DNA of 64,000 nt from contig CAYQEU010000001.1 in assembly GCA_964416765.1 (NCBI GenBank), positions 617,208 to 681,207 on the forward strand. Direction: 5' to 3'. Below, in pieces: positions 17,833 through 27,261 of the stretch. This stretch comes from an uncultured Candidatus Saccharibacteria bacterium. GTDB taxonomy: Bacteria > Patescibacteriota > Doudnabacteria > UBA920. The notes below the pieces were generated by a model. It had not been told where the DNA came from and did no database searches. It saw only the letters and a program-made list of their open reading frames with translations. A program made the position numbers and the translations under genes. The number at the start of each line of letters is the position of its first letter. Position 1 is the first letter of the stretch.

Positions 17833-19116
17833 ATGCCACAAGTTATCCTGGGCACAAATATATACCGGGGCAAGTCTACCCCCATCGCCTTCCAACAACA
17901 GGACCGGTTTCGGCACATGTACATGATTGGGAAAACGGGCGTGGGCAAATCCACGGTTTATGAAAACATGGCGCTGCAAGACATCCACAACGGCAACGGC
18001 GTTTGTTTTATTGACCCGCACGGTGAATCCATTGACTGGCTCCTGGACCGTATTCCGGCAAATCGCCTGGAAGATGTTATTTTGTTTGACCCGTCTGACC
18101 CCGCTTTCCCATTAGGCCTGAACTTGCTCGAAGCCCAAAACGAACAAGAACGCAATTTTTTGGTCAGCGAGCTGATCGAAATATTTTACAAACTATTCGA
18201 CCCCGACCGGACCGGTATTATCGGGCCACAGTTTGAACATTGGCTCCGCAACGCCGCGCTTACGGTAATGTCCGGGACGGAAGGCGGCAGTCTCATTGAA
18301 ATACCAAAGTTATTCGTTGATAAAAAGTACGAAGCGCAAAAACGAAAATCCCTGAAAGACCCCATTGTCCAGGAGTTTTGGAGCAAACAGATGAGCAACA
18401 CCGCTGAGTTTCATAAGTCAGAAATGCTGAACTATTTTTCTTCCAAATTTGGCTCGTTCCTCAACAATGGATTAATGCGTAACATCATTGGGCAAAGGCG
18501 TAGTTCTTTCTCATTTGAAAACGTTATTGCCCAGGAAAAGATTTTACTGGTTAACCTCTCAAAAGGGAAAATTGGCGAAATGAATGCCGCGATGCTTGGT
18601 TTGATTCTTATCGCAAAACTAGAGACCGCAGTTTTGAAACGCGCCGGAATTGCCCCGGACCGACGACACCCATTTTACCTCTACGTGGATGAGTTCCAGA
18701 ATATCACCACTTCTTCATTCGGCACCATGCTTTCTGAGGCTCGTAAATACGGACTGGGCATCCATCTGACCAACCAATATTTTTCCCAACTACAGGAGGA
18801 GATGCGAAATGCAATCCTCGGAAACGTGGGGACACTATTGGCTTTCGAAGTCAGCGCGGAAGACGCGGAAATCTTGGAAAAAGAGTTTGCCCCCTTTACC
18901 AGAGAGGACTTCTTTAACCTTCAAAAATATAACTTTTACATTCGCCTAATGATAGCCGGGAAGATGAGCACCGCTTTTTCCGGAGTTAGCCTGCCGCCTG
19001 CCGGGTATCCCAACCATGACATGGCCGAAAAAATAAAAACCCTTGGGCACCTGGCTTATGGTTACCCAAGGGTACTGGTCGAAGAACAAATCAAACAGGC
19101 GTTGTTTGCTACGTAA
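17833..19116 (+). CDS. Soluble TraG/TraD/VirD4-like (type IV coupling protein family) P-loop NTPase
   Basis: Walker A IGKTGVGKST, DPHGE, Walker B LYVDEFQN. TraG-D_C-like block RKYGLGIHLTNQYFSQLQEEMRNAILGNVGTLLAFEVSAEDAEILEKEF. No TM segment. Confidence 0.65.
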   Translation: MPQVILGTNIYRGKSTPIAFQQQDRFRHMYMIGKTGVGKSTVYENMALQDIHNGNGVCFIDPHGESIDWLLDRIPANRLEDVILFDPSDPAFPLGLNLLEAQNEQERNFLVSELIEIFYKLFDPDRTGIIGPQFEHWLRNAALTVMSGTEGGSLIEIPKLFVDKKYEAQKRKSLKDPIVQEFWSKQMSNTAEFHKSEMLNYFSSKFGSFLNNGLMRNIIGQRRSSFSFENVIAQEKILLVNLSKGKIGEMNAAMLGLILIAKLETAVLKRAGIAPDRRHPFYLYVDEFQNITTSSFGTMLSEARKYGLGIHLTNQYFSQLQEEMRNAILGNVGTLLAFEVSAEDAEILEKEFAPFTREDFFNLQKYNFYIRLMIAGKMSTAFSGVSLPPAGYPNHDMAEKIKTLGHLAYGYPRVLVEEQIKQALFAT

Positions 19117-20230
19117 GCTTTATCCCCAAAGTCCCCACATTGAATGTTGGGGCCTCAGGGGTAATTGAGTGCACATCCGCACTGCCAGCCACAATCAGCT
19201 TCCCGGCGGGTTCGCCATAGATACCGCTAGTGACGAATAGCTGCGTGGATGGGGATTGCGCCGGCACCAGCTCTTCTACGGGGATATGAGGCAACAAGGC
19301 AATCGCGTTTCGGGTTTGCTGCCAGACCGGGTTCTGTTCCAAACCCGCTCCCGCCGATACAAATACTTCGGGCGACAGATTGAACTCGGACGCAGCCAAC
19401 TTCATGTACTCATACCAGGTAAGCGGCGAGGCAAGCAATTCCGACCGGACGCCAGAATGCGGAGCAGAGATCTCGGAAGAAATAAACACGCACGAATCCA
19501 AGTTGCAATACACCAGAATGTCGTATTTCTCCACGATCTCCTTAGCTTCGTATAGCGAGCTGCCATGCCGCTGTAACGGACTGGTGGCCACCGGACGGCC
19601 GGAATCATCCAAGCGGTCGGTAATTATATAATTCAAGATTTGGGCTGGCTCCAGCACGCGAGCCAAATCACCTCCGCGGCCTTCAGCGAGATGGACTGCC
19701 ACTGTGACTATCTCTTCGTTAGTGGCGTGAAGTTCGCCCAATCCTTCCAGGATGGCGCGTTGTTGGTCCGGGGGCATAGAGGACCCCGCGTTTACAATGG
19801 AGTTGGCGGAACTATCGGTAATGGCAATCACCAAATCATCCTCGCTAAAAGGCCCGTACTTCAAAAGCTGGCGAGTGGCCTCCGCGTTATTCGCCGTGGG
19901 ATGATGGGTAACTGAATACACCCCTGCTTCAGGATTAAATTCCGCTTCCGGGTCCATGACCACTATTTTGATAGGCAGTCCGGGTAAAATACTTTTCAAA
20001 TAATCTATCGCGGCGGAAGTCCCAGCTCCTATACCGAGCAAGATAACCCTGTCATACTCATCCAAATCATAATAGGAACGGCCAAACTTAAACCGCTGTG
20101 TCGCCGAATTGTAGCTCACTTCCCGTTCCAGCATCACTCCCGGCTGGATAGATTTCAAGCCAGCTTCAGCAATGGCAATCACCTGCTCGACTTGCGGCTG
20201 AAATTTGTATGATTCTGAATTTTTTATCAT
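19109..20230 (-). CDS. Hypothetical protein with Rossmann-like G-rich loop (LLGIGAGTSAAIDYL)
   Basis: 373-aa ORF. 8-nt convergent overlap with the preceding gene. Family not recognised with confidence. Confidence 0.5.
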   Translation of the reverse strand: MIKNSESYKFQPQVEQVIAIAEAGLKSIQPGVMLEREVSYNSATQRFKFGRSYYDLDEYDRVILLGIGAGTSAAIDYLKSILPGLPIKIVVMDPEAEFNPEAGVYSVTHHPTANNAEATRQLLKYGPFSEDDLVIAITDSSANSIVNAGSSMPPDQQRAILEGLGELHATNEEIVTVAVHLAEGRGGDLARVLEPAQILNYIITDRLDDSGRPVATSPLQRHGSSLYEAKEIVEKYDILVYCNLDSCVFISSEISAPHSGVRSELLASPLTWYEYMKLAASEFNLSPEVFVSAGAGLEQNPVWQQTRNAIALLPHIPVEELVPAQSPSTQLFVTSGIYGEPAGKLIVAGSADVHSITPEAPTFNVGTLGIKLT

Positions 20231-20323
20231 TGATGAAATTGGATTTTTATTTCCGTACCGAACTATTTCTTTTATTATACCATTTTTCCTTAATTTTGCC
20301 CCATTTTTATTATCTTATAAGGG

Positions 20324-20352
20324 TTGAAAGAAAACGTTGTTTTTGTTACAAT
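20324..20352 (+). promoter_or_regulatory. Sigma-70-type promoter for tRNA-Asn
   Basis: TTGAAA (20324-20329), 17-nt spacer, TACAAT (20347-20352). tRNA 5' end at 20363. Confidence 0.6.
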
Positions 20353-20362
20353 ATCGCAGTAT

Positions 20363-20437
20363 TCGGGAGTAGCTCAGTGGTAGAGCTATCGGCTGTTAAC
20401 CGATCGGTCGTGGGTTCGAATCCCACCTCCCGAGCCA
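20363..20437 (+). tRNA. tRNA-Asn (anticodon GTT), CCA encoded
   Basis: Cloverleaf: acceptor tcgggag/ctcccga, D-arm gctc-agtggta-gagc, anticodon arm atcgg-ctGTTaa-ccgat, T-arm with GGTTCGAATCC, 3' GCCA. Confidence 0.9.
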
Positions 20438-20442
20438 ATATA

Positions 20443-20472
20443 AAACACCAACAAATGTTGGTGTTTTATATT
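20443..20472 (+). terminator. Rho-independent terminator after tRNA-Asn
   Basis: aaacaccaac-aaat-gttggtgttt followed by a T-rich tract. Confidence 0.8.
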
Positions 20473-20488
20473 TAGCAAATCCAGTTAT

Positions 20489-20914
20489 TTATCTATTCGG
20501 GCTGCATTCTACCATCCACTCGATACCGTACTTGTCTCTGAATGAACCAAAATAGGAACCCCAAGGGCTATCTCCCATCGGATATTCCTTCTCTCCACCA
20601 TCAGAGAGCCCATTAAACAAGCGGTCTGCCTCCTCGCGGCTTTCCGCCATTATCAAAATCTTGCTTCGGTTCTCCCGCTCATTTGTTTTCCCCATAAATT
20701 CTGGGACATCATTCCCCATTAGCATGGTCGGTCCAATAGGCAGTTCAATATGCATAATCTTATCTTTTTCCTGTTCAGGAACTTCAAATCCAGGATTCGC
20801 AATATCTTTGAAACGAGTGAGGTTTGCAAATTCGCCTCCAAATACTGACTTGTAAAATATAAACGCTTCCTCGGCGTTTCCGTTAAAATTAACGTGCGGG
20901 TGTATTGTGGGCAT
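20489..20914 (-). CDS. VOC-family (glyoxalase/PhnB-like) protein
   Basis: PhnB/3-demethylubiquinone-9 methyltransferase-like domain pattern (FYKSVFGGEF...MHIEL..G..LM). 141 aa. Confidence 0.75.
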   Translation of the reverse strand: MPTIHPHVNFNGNAEEAFIFYKSVFGGEFANLTRFKDIANPGFEVPEQEKDKIMHIELPIGPTMLMGNDVPEFMGKTNERENRSKILIMAESREEADRLFNGLSDGGEKEYPMGDSPWGSYFGSFRDKYGIEWMVECSPNR

Positions 20915-21040
20915 GAACTTTGTTTAATAGTAACGTTATTTTACCATTTTATATAAACTATTTCTAACTCAGCCAGTCGACAAAACGGGCAAGAAGTTGC
21001 GAGTTTTTGTTATACTATAGAAAAGAATTAACATAGCAAT

Positions 21041-21460
21041 ATGGAACTCAACTATTTGGCGATAACAGTCGCCGCAATCGCCCAATTCGTTTTTGGCGCA
21101 ATCTGGTACATGCCAATTTTTGGCAAAACTTGGGGTAAAATCCACGGCTTCGACCAAGTCGCTCCTGACAAGCAAAAAGATATGATGAAAGGTATGTGGA
21201 AATTCCTGGTATTGCAATTTATCCTTACCTTAGTGACGACCGTGGTTTTCGCGTTACTCCTAAAGGGCTTCCCGGTGGAATGGAACATTTACGGATTGGC
21301 GTTCTTCTTCTGGCTGGGCTTCATAATGCCAACCCAGGTAGCGGGGATAGTTTTCGGGGGAACCAAGCCCGAATGGATAATGACCAAAGTCGCCATTGCA
21401 GCGGGCGCGGGCCTGGGCTGCATGGAGATTATCGCGCTGGTCTTTAAATGGATGATGTAA
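21041..21460 (+). CDS. DUF1761-family membrane protein
   Basis: 4 TM helices. IAQFVFGAIWYMPIFGKTW motif typical of DUF1761. Confidence 0.65.
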   Translation: MELNYLAITVAAIAQFVFGAIWYMPIFGKTWGKIHGFDQVAPDKQKDMMKGMWKFLVLQFILTLVTTVVFALLLKGFPVEWNIYGLAFFFWLGFIMPTQVAGIVFGGTKPEWIMTKVAIAAGAGLGCMEIIALVFKWMM

Positions 21461-21464
21461 CCAT

Positions 21465-22073
21465 ATGCGAAAAATCATAGTACTCTCCTTTATTTCATTA
21501 GACGGGGTAATGCAGGCCCCGGGTGGCCCCGATGAAGACACTTCCGGAGGTTTCAAATACGGGGGTTGGACTTTCCCTTACTTTGATGACGCTTCCGGGC
21601 AAATTATGGGGGAACAGATAAAACCGCCTTTTGACTTACTGCTGGGCAGAAAGACTTATGATATATTTGCCGCTTACTGGCCAAAGCAATCGGAAGATAA
21701 CCCGGTAACCAAGCCCTTTAATGACGCGCGTAAGTATGTTGCCACCCACGAGCCCTTTGAGCCTACATGGGACAATACCACCGTCCTAACCAATGATGTG
21801 GCAAACCAACTGAAACAGTTAAAATCTGAAGAAGGCCCTGATTTCCAGGTCCATGGCAGCGGAAACTTCATCCAAACTCTTCTTCAAAATGATTTGGTGG
21901 ATGAAATGTGGTTAAAGATTTTCCCCGTTACTTTAGGCAGCGGTAAGAAACTATTCGCCGAGGGAACCATCCCCGCGGCTTTCTTTCTTGCCGATACAAA
22001 AATTACGCCCAGCGGCGTAATCTTTGCGAACTATAAACGTGGTGGCGAAGTTAAGACCGGTTCTTTCGTTTAA
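21465..22073 (+). CDS. Dihydrofolate reductase-like RibD C-terminal domain family protein
   Basis: MRKIIVLSFISLDGVMQAPGGP...LLGRKTYD, the RibD_C/DHFR-like family signature. Confidence 0.8.
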   Translation: MRKIIVLSFISLDGVMQAPGGPDEDTSGGFKYGGWTFPYFDDASGQIMGEQIKPPFDLLLGRKTYDIFAAYWPKQSEDNPVTKPFNDARKYVATHEPFEPTWDNTTVLTNDVANQLKQLKSEEGPDFQVHGSGNFIQTLLQNDLVDEMWLKIFPVTLGSGKKLFAEGTIPAAFFLADTKITPSGVIFANYKRGGEVKTGSFV

Positions 22074-22074
22074 G

Positions 22075-22647
22075 TTATTTCCCTTTCACAACAACCGTTA
22101 TGGCGTTAGCGCCAGCGCCTGAAGCACTATAATCATAATAGTTAGGTGGCGAACCACAATCATACCCATTAGGGCTTGGTATATCTTTATTTTCAAGCTT
22201 ATATACCAAAATATACCATTGCCCTCCGGAGCACCCTCCCCAATCTGAAGAAAAATACGCGTAGCCGTAATCAGCGGCATTGGTCCGTACATTTCCACCG
22301 ACGGTTTCCTTTGGGTCATGCGGTAACCTGGAAAGAGAGGCAGACATCGCGGTTTGGAGCGGAGTCCAAGTAGTTGAATCGGCACTGTTATCCCACTGGG
22401 TTGTGGCGCAGGAACTCGGAACTGAGCAAGGGTAGGTATTATTTAAGGTGTAGTAAAGTTCCAACGCTTTTTGCAATTGGGCCACATCGGCTTTCCTCCG
22501 GGCATCCCGCGACTTCGTGCGGGCCGAGTTCATGGCGGTTAAGACCACCGAAGCCAACAAGCCGATAATGGCAATAACAACTAGCAGTTCAATAAGGGTG
22601 AAACCTGCCTCGCTTGAATTTCTAATTTTTTGCCGTTTAAATCTCAT
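22075..22647 (-). CDS. Type IV pilin / pseudopilin with prepilin N-terminal cleavage-methylation domain
   Basis: GFTLIELLVVIAIIGLLASVV class III signal. C-terminal Cys pairs. Confidence 0.8.
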   Translation of the reverse strand: MRFKRQKIRNSSEAGFTLIELLVVIAIIGLLASVVLTAMNSARTKSRDARRKADVAQLQKALELYYTLNNTYPCSVPSSCATTQWDNSADSTTWTPLQTAMSASLSRLPHDPKETVGGNVRTNAADYGYAYFSSDWGGCSGGQWYILVYKLENKDIPSPNGYDCGSPPNYYDYSASGAGANAITVVVKGK

Positions 22648-22650
22648 TAT

Positions 22651-22938
22651 CTATTTATCCTTTTGAAAATACGCCGGACCATTCTCAGGAGTAACCAAAT
22701 GATACCCGGCAGGTCCGGGATTGGTCTTGGTGGAGTCAGTAGTCTGGTAAACGAAAACGAGCAGCCCAACTTCCACAAACAATAAAACGACGGCCACGCC
22801 GACTAAAATAAGTGTCCGTTTGTGTTTGTTTTGGGGTTTATTCACAGAAGCGGATTGGGCAGCCATTGTTGGTTGATTATCATTACTAAAGAAATTGCTA
22901 AAATCAACTTCTTTGTCTGGGGGTGGGATATCTGCCAT
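22651..22938 (-). CDS. Small single-TM hypothetical protein upstream of the pilin gene
   Basis: 95 aa, TM LILVGVAVVLLFVEVGLLVFVY. 3-nt gap to the pilin gene. Confidence 0.4.
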   Translation of the reverse strand: MADIPPPDKEVDFSNFFSNDNQPTMAAQSASVNKPQNKHKRTLILVGVAVVLLFVEVGLLVFVYQTTDSTKTNPGPAGYHLVTPENGPAYFQKDK

Positions 22939-23010
22939 AAATTCATTATATCATTTTCCTCGATTTTATCAGAAAAATAGCTCCGGCAGATTTGTTATAA
23001 TACAATTACT

Positions 23011-23313
23011 ATGCCTCAAACGTCTATTAGCGGTGGAACCGCCCATCAATTACCCACGGATTTAAAAAGAGCTCTCGACTCTAACAAAAAGGCTCTCACA
23101 GTGTGGGAGAATTTAACTCCCCTCGCGCGAAATGAGTGGATCTGTTGGACCACTTTCGTGAAGAAAGAAGAAACCAGAAAAAACCATGTTAAAAGAGTAG
23201 TATCGGAACTAAATGAAGGAATGCGCCGCCCCTGTTGCTGGCTCGGCTGCATTCATCGTAAAGACAAAAAGATTAGCCCTTCGGTAAGCTTTATCCTTAA
23301 GAAAAAACGTTAA
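23011..23313 (+). CDS. YdeI/OmpD-associated (OmdA) family protein
   Basis: LTPLARNEWICWTTFVKKEETRKNHVKRVVSELNEGMRRPCCW, the OmdA domain pattern. Confidence 0.7.
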   Translation: MPQTSISGGTAHQLPTDLKRALDSNKKALTVWENLTPLARNEWICWTTFVKKEETRKNHVKRVVSELNEGMRRPCCWLGCIHRKDKKISPSVSFILKKKR

Positions 23314-23317
23314 ACTT

Positions 23318-23683
23318 ATGAAAGCACGCAGGCCGGCCGCAACAGTTTCGTCTTACATATCGGCAGCGCCAAAAGCATTCCAACCCTACCTCAAGGAACT
23401 ACGCGCGCTCATCAAAAAACTTGCCCCCATGGCAACAGAGCGCATCAGTTACGCCATGCCCTCTTATGAATATAACGGACCGTTGGTTTATTTCGCGGCG
23501 ATGAAAGATTACGTGGGACTTTATGTTCCCCCGCCCATAATTGCAGAGTATAGATCGGAGTTGAAAGCATACAAGACTACCAAATCCTCGATCCATCTGC
23601 CCCTGGAAAAATTGCCCAAGACACTAATTAAGAAAATCATAAAAGCAAGGATCAGCCATAATAAATTAAAGAACCTTAAATAA
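23318..23683 (+). CDS. DUF1801 (YdhG-like) domain protein
   Basis: ISAAPKAFQPYLKELRALIKKLAPMATERISYAMPSY, the DUF1801 pattern. Confidence 0.7.
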   Translation: MKARRPAATVSSYISAAPKAFQPYLKELRALIKKLAPMATERISYAMPSYEYNGPLVYFAAMKDYVGLYVPPPIIAEYRSELKAYKTTKSSIHLPLEKLPKTLIKKIIKARISHNKLKNLK

Positions 23684-23688
23684 TCCTT

Positions 23689-24591
23689 ATGCAAAAAATC
23701 ATACCTCATCTTTGGTTCGACAAAGAGGCCAAACAGGCAGCAGACTTTTACGTTTCCATTTTCCCTGATGGTGTTATTAACCACTATAGCGTTATCAAGG
23801 ACACCCCCTCGGGTGACGCCGAAACCGTCTCCTTTTCCCTCAGGGGTTTCAGTTTTATGGCCATCAGTGCCGGCCCATATTTTAAAGTTAACCCGTCGGT
23901 TTCATTCATGGTTAATTTTGACCCTTCAAAGGATAGCGACGCCTCAGCACGCCTTGATGAAATTTGGGCCAAGCTTTCCGAAGGTGGCAAGGTGATGATG
24001 CCGCTACAAAAATACCCTTTCAGCGAACGCTATGGGTGGATAGAAGACCGCTTTGGGGTATCCTGGCAGCTCATACTTACGAATCCGGCGGGAGAAGAAC
24101 GACCGGCTATCATCCCCTCACTCATGTTCACCAAAGACGTCAGCGGCAAAGCCGAGGAAGCAACCGATTACTATATTTCCATCTTTAAAAATTCCAAACG
24201 CGGCCAACTGGCTAAGTACGGTCCCGGAAATGAACCGGAAGATCCAAACAACGTCATGTTTACCGACTTTATGCTCGAAGGACAATGGTTCGCAGCCATG
24301 GATAGCAGCAGGCAGCATGAATTTAACTTTACCGAGGGAGTATCACTTCTGGTCCAGTGCGAAAACCAGGAAGAGATTGACTACCTTTGGGATAAGCTAT
24401 CGGCGGTGCCCCAGGCAGAACAATGCGGATGGCTTAAAGACAAATATGGGCTCTCCTGGCAAATTGCCCCTAAACAAATGCAGGAATACATGAACGGAAA
24501 TCCGGAACAAGTAGCCCGGGTTACAAAGGCTTTCCTCGCCATGAAAAAATTCGACATTGCGGCTTTAGAACGCGCCTACAAAGGCGAGTAG
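23689..24591 (+). CDS. Tandem two-domain VOC/PhnB-like protein
   Basis: Two repeats of the PhnB-like fold (IPHLWFDKEAKQAADFY...; IIPSLMFTKDVSGKAEEATDYY...). Confidence 0.8.
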   Translation: MQKIIPHLWFDKEAKQAADFYVSIFPDGVINHYSVIKDTPSGDAETVSFSLRGFSFMAISAGPYFKVNPSVSFMVNFDPSKDSDASARLDEIWAKLSEGGKVMMPLQKYPFSERYGWIEDRFGVSWQLILTNPAGEERPAIIPSLMFTKDVSGKAEEATDYYISIFKNSKRGQLAKYGPGNEPEDPNNVMFTDFMLEGQWFAAMDSSRQHEFNFTEGVSLLVQCENQEEIDYLWDKLSAVPQAEQCGWLKDKYGLSWQIAPKQMQEYMNGNPEQVARVTKAFLAMKKFDIAALERAYKGE

Positions 24592-24680
24592 GCACGCAGT
24601 ATTATTATTCGTCGGTAACACAGCCCTCAAATAAGCGATTATTCTGTATAGGGCTTCGCCCAAAATATTAAGCAAGAAAT

Positions 24681-25034
24681 ATGAATGAAGCTATTTGGAT
24701 AATCAGGGCGTTCACCGCTTTCATCATGGTAGTCTTCGGGCTTCACCAGATGTTCAAACCACAAGCCTGGCAGGTTTATGTACCCGAATGGGTGCACAAA
24801 TTGTCACCAATGTCTCCCGACTTGCAAATGCGCATGCATGCCCTCGGCAATCTCGCCTTTGGAGTATTTCTTGTTGCCGGTAATTTCCACCCGCTCGTGG
24901 CTGCCTGGGTCGCCCTACTGTGGTGGCTTTCCATTTTGCCTTTCGCTTTCCGCGTTAAATGGGATATCGGACTGCGCGACCTCACGATAATCGGTTCCCT
25001 CATAGCACTAATAGTCTTGCTCTCGCAAAAATAA
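24681..25034 (+). CDS. Hypothetical 4-TM membrane protein
   Basis: 117 aa, hydrophobic helices. Stop overlaps the next start (TAATG). Confidence 0.5.
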   Translation: MNEAIWIIRAFTAFIMVVFGLHQMFKPQAWQVYVPEWVHKLSPMSPDLQMRMHALGNLAFGVFLVAGNFHPLVAAWVALLWWLSILPFAFRVKWDIGLRDLTIIGSLIALIVLLSQK

Positions 25035-25549
25035 TGCCTTCAAAGCTAGTCACTGTCAGTGACAAGATGCAACGCGGTTACAAGTACAAACTTGTAGCAC
25101 CAGTCGGTAAAAATTTTGACCCCACTTTCCACCCTGAACTGACTCCCAAACAAATGTTGGCATTGGGAGTTTTTGGCGGACGATACCTTAGGGATTGCAC
25201 GAAAGAATTTCCCAGGGATTGGTTTGCAAAAGCGAAATTGCTGCCAGAGGGAAAATTCGGCCACGACAAGGAGTTAAACTTTTTCCAGGTGGACGCCTCC
25301 CAGCCTTGGGAAATTTGGCAAAAAAAAGGATGGATCCACCCGCAGGACCCTCGCGGATGGTTCCAGTGGTATTGCCGCTACTACATGGGGCGGCGCAGTG
25401 ATGACGACGCCCGGCAAATCAAACGATGGCGCGCTATGACTAGGCATATTGCCCAAATCCGCAAAAACTGCCATCCGGGCGACTTAAGCTGCCACAAAAA
25501 ACAACGGCAAGCCTTACTCCACTGGGCCTATGACAGTCGCAATATTTAA
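25034..25549 (+). CDS. Conserved hypothetical Trp/Cys-rich protein
   Basis: Start trimmed to MPSKLVTVSDK at the TAATG overlap. GVFGGRYLRD..GWFQWYCRYYMGRR motifs. No family recognised. Confidence 0.45.
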   Translation: MPSKLVTVSDKMQRGYKYKLVAPVGKNFDPTFHPELTPKQMLALGVFGGRYLRDCTKEFPRDWFAKAKLLPEGKFGHDKELNFFQVDASQPWEIWQKKGWIHPQDPRGWFQWYCRYYMGRRSDDDARQIKRWRAMTRHIAQIRKNCHPGDLSCHKKQRQALLHWAYDSRNI

Positions 25550-25592
25550 GAATAAATCGCTCGCCTGAGCGATTTTTTGTTATACTAAGGGC

Positions 25593-26342
25593 ATGACTGA
25601 ATATAGAAACCCAATTTCCCATAACGACCAGGAAACGCACGAGCTATACAAGGACTCCAAGAAGATCAGTTCTTCTTCGAAGCTAAATTGGCTTCGCGCC
25701 GCGGTTCTTGGTGCCAATGATGGCATTGTTTCCATTTCGGCGATGATACTCGGGGTTGCCGGAGCATACAGCTCCACCGGTGTTATCCTAACAGCCGGCA
25801 TCGCTGGCACAGTAGCGGGCGCTTTGTCCATGGCGGTTGGCGAATACGTTTCCGTTAGCTCGCAAAGGGATGCCGAACGGGCTCTCCTCGCCAAAGAAAA
25901 ACAGGAGCTGATTGATTTTCCCGAAGAAGAACTAAAGGAACTGGTATACATATATGAGAGCAAAGGGCTTTCACACGAGACGGCGCAAAAAGTTGCCGAG
26001 GAATTGACCGCCAAAGATGCTTTTGCCGCGCACGTCGACGCCGAACTGAACATTGATCCCGACGACCTAACCAATCCGTGGCACGCCGCTTACGCGTCGG
26101 CCATTGCTTTTACTTGTGGGGCGCTAATCCCTCTTTTGGCATCAGTTATTTTCAGGGGGCAATTCCAGATACCGGGGATATTCGGCGCCGTTGTCGTAGC
26201 TCTTCTAATTACCGGAACTGTCAGCGCTCACATTGGCGGGGCGGGCAAACAACGGGCCGCGTTCCGGGTTGTAATAGGCGGCATTCTGGCCATGGTCATT
26301 ACTTATGCTATTGGCCGCTTATTCAAAGTTTCCGGGCTATAA
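25593..26342 (+). CDS. VIT1/CCC1-family iron/manganese transporter
   Basis: LNWLRAAVLGANDGIVSISAMILGVAGA plus a C-terminal TM bundle, characteristic of the VIT family. Confidence 0.85.
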   Translation: MTEYRNPISHNDQETHELYKDSKKISSSSKLNWLRAAVLGANDGIVSISAMILGVAGAYSSTGVILTAGIAGTVAGALSMAVGEYVSVSSQRDAERALLAKEKQELIDFPEEELKELVYIYESKGLSHETAQKVAEELTAKDAFAAHVDAELNIDPDDLTNPWHAAYASAIAFTCGALIPLLASVIFRGQFQIPGIFGAVVVALLITGTVSAHIGGAGKQRAAFRVVIGGILAMVITYAIGRLFKVSGL

Positions 26343-26344
26343 AT

Positions 26345-27088
26345 ATGAATATCGAGAGCGCTCTACAGAAGATGGGTTATCCAATCGGACAGGTCAAAAT
26401 CTACTTGGCGAGTTTGAAAATGGGTGAAGCGGTCATAGCGGAAATCGCCGAAGAGGTTAACATCCCCCGCACCACCGTGATTGACCTGGTCGCCGACATG
26501 CACAAGCATGGATTAATGAATTACTACACCAAGCGCGGCCGAAAATACTGGGTGGCCGAAGACCCCGAAAAACTCATGCTAATTATAAAAGAACGGGAGA
26601 GCACTCTTAAAGCTGTGCTTCCCCAGCTCCAGGCCATGAAGTTTGACAGCGGCAGCGGTAAACCGAGTATCCGGCTATATATTGGTCATGAGGAAGTCCG
26701 TACTATGCTGGACGACATGATAGAGCACGGCAAGCACATCAAATCGGTAGTGTCATGGGATGATTTTGAGGACTTTTTTGGTGATGACTTTGTCGAGGAC
26801 CTTATCGAACGCCGCTACTCGAGAAACATGCAAATGCGACTAGTAACCACGAGAACTAAACTTTCATCGGAACTAAAAAAGCGGGATGCTAAACAACTGC
26901 GACACACCCGGTTCCTGCCGGCTAACATAGAATTACGCCGCACGTCGACTTTCATATACGGCGACACAGTTACCCTGATATCTCTTAACCGCAAACAACC
27001 GACCGGAATTCTAATCCACGACCCGGACGTAGTACATGGACAAACACTATACTTTGAAAGTCTCTGGGCCCATAGCTCAGACCAGTGA
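26345..27088 (+). CDS. TrmB-family sugar-responsive transcriptional regulator
   Basis: N-terminal wHTH (IYLASLKMGEAVIAEIAEEVNIPRTTVIDLVADMHKHGLM) with TrmB-like C-domain. Start ATG at 26345. The track's upstream extension overlapping the VIT gene is rejected. Confidence 0.7.
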   Translation: MNIESALQKMGYPIGQVKIYLASLKMGEAVIAEIAEEVNIPRTTVIDLVADMHKHGLMNYYTKRGRKYWVAEDPEKLMLIIKERESTLKAVLPQLQAMKFDSGSGKPSIRLYIGHEEVRTMLDDMIEHGKHIKSVVSWDDFEDFFGDDFVEDLIERRYSRNMQMRLVTTRTKLSSELKKRDAKQLRHTRFLPANIELRRTSTFIYGDTVTLISLNRKQPTGILIHDPDVVHGQTLYFESLWAHSSDQ

Positions 27089-27145
27089 GATATGACGGCG
27101 AAACCGTCGTAAAAACTTCCCATAATCAGGCCAAAAAAACCCTCA

Positions 27146-27175
27146 GAAAATAGCCAATTGCGGCTATTTTCTTAC
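27146..27175 (+). terminator. Hairpin terminator after the TrmB gene
   Basis: gaaaatagcc-aattgc-ggctattttc followed by ttact. Confidence 0.55.
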
Positions 27176-27261
27176 TCGTCGGTCTATGTTTCTACAAAAC
27201 TATTCCTTTTTTCCATATGAGGTATATAACATAAGTAGAAAAGTAATCGAATGGGAACTAT

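Noticed and set aside
20209-20475. 88-aa ORF spanning the tRNA-Asn gene
   Set aside because: The sequence is a canonical tRNA with promoter and terminator; the ORF is incidental.
26078-26344. N-terminal 89-aa extension of the TrmB ORF in the track
   Set aside because: It overlaps the 3' end of the VIT1 gene in another frame. The conserved TrmB wHTH starts at the ATG at 26345, right after the VIT1 stop.
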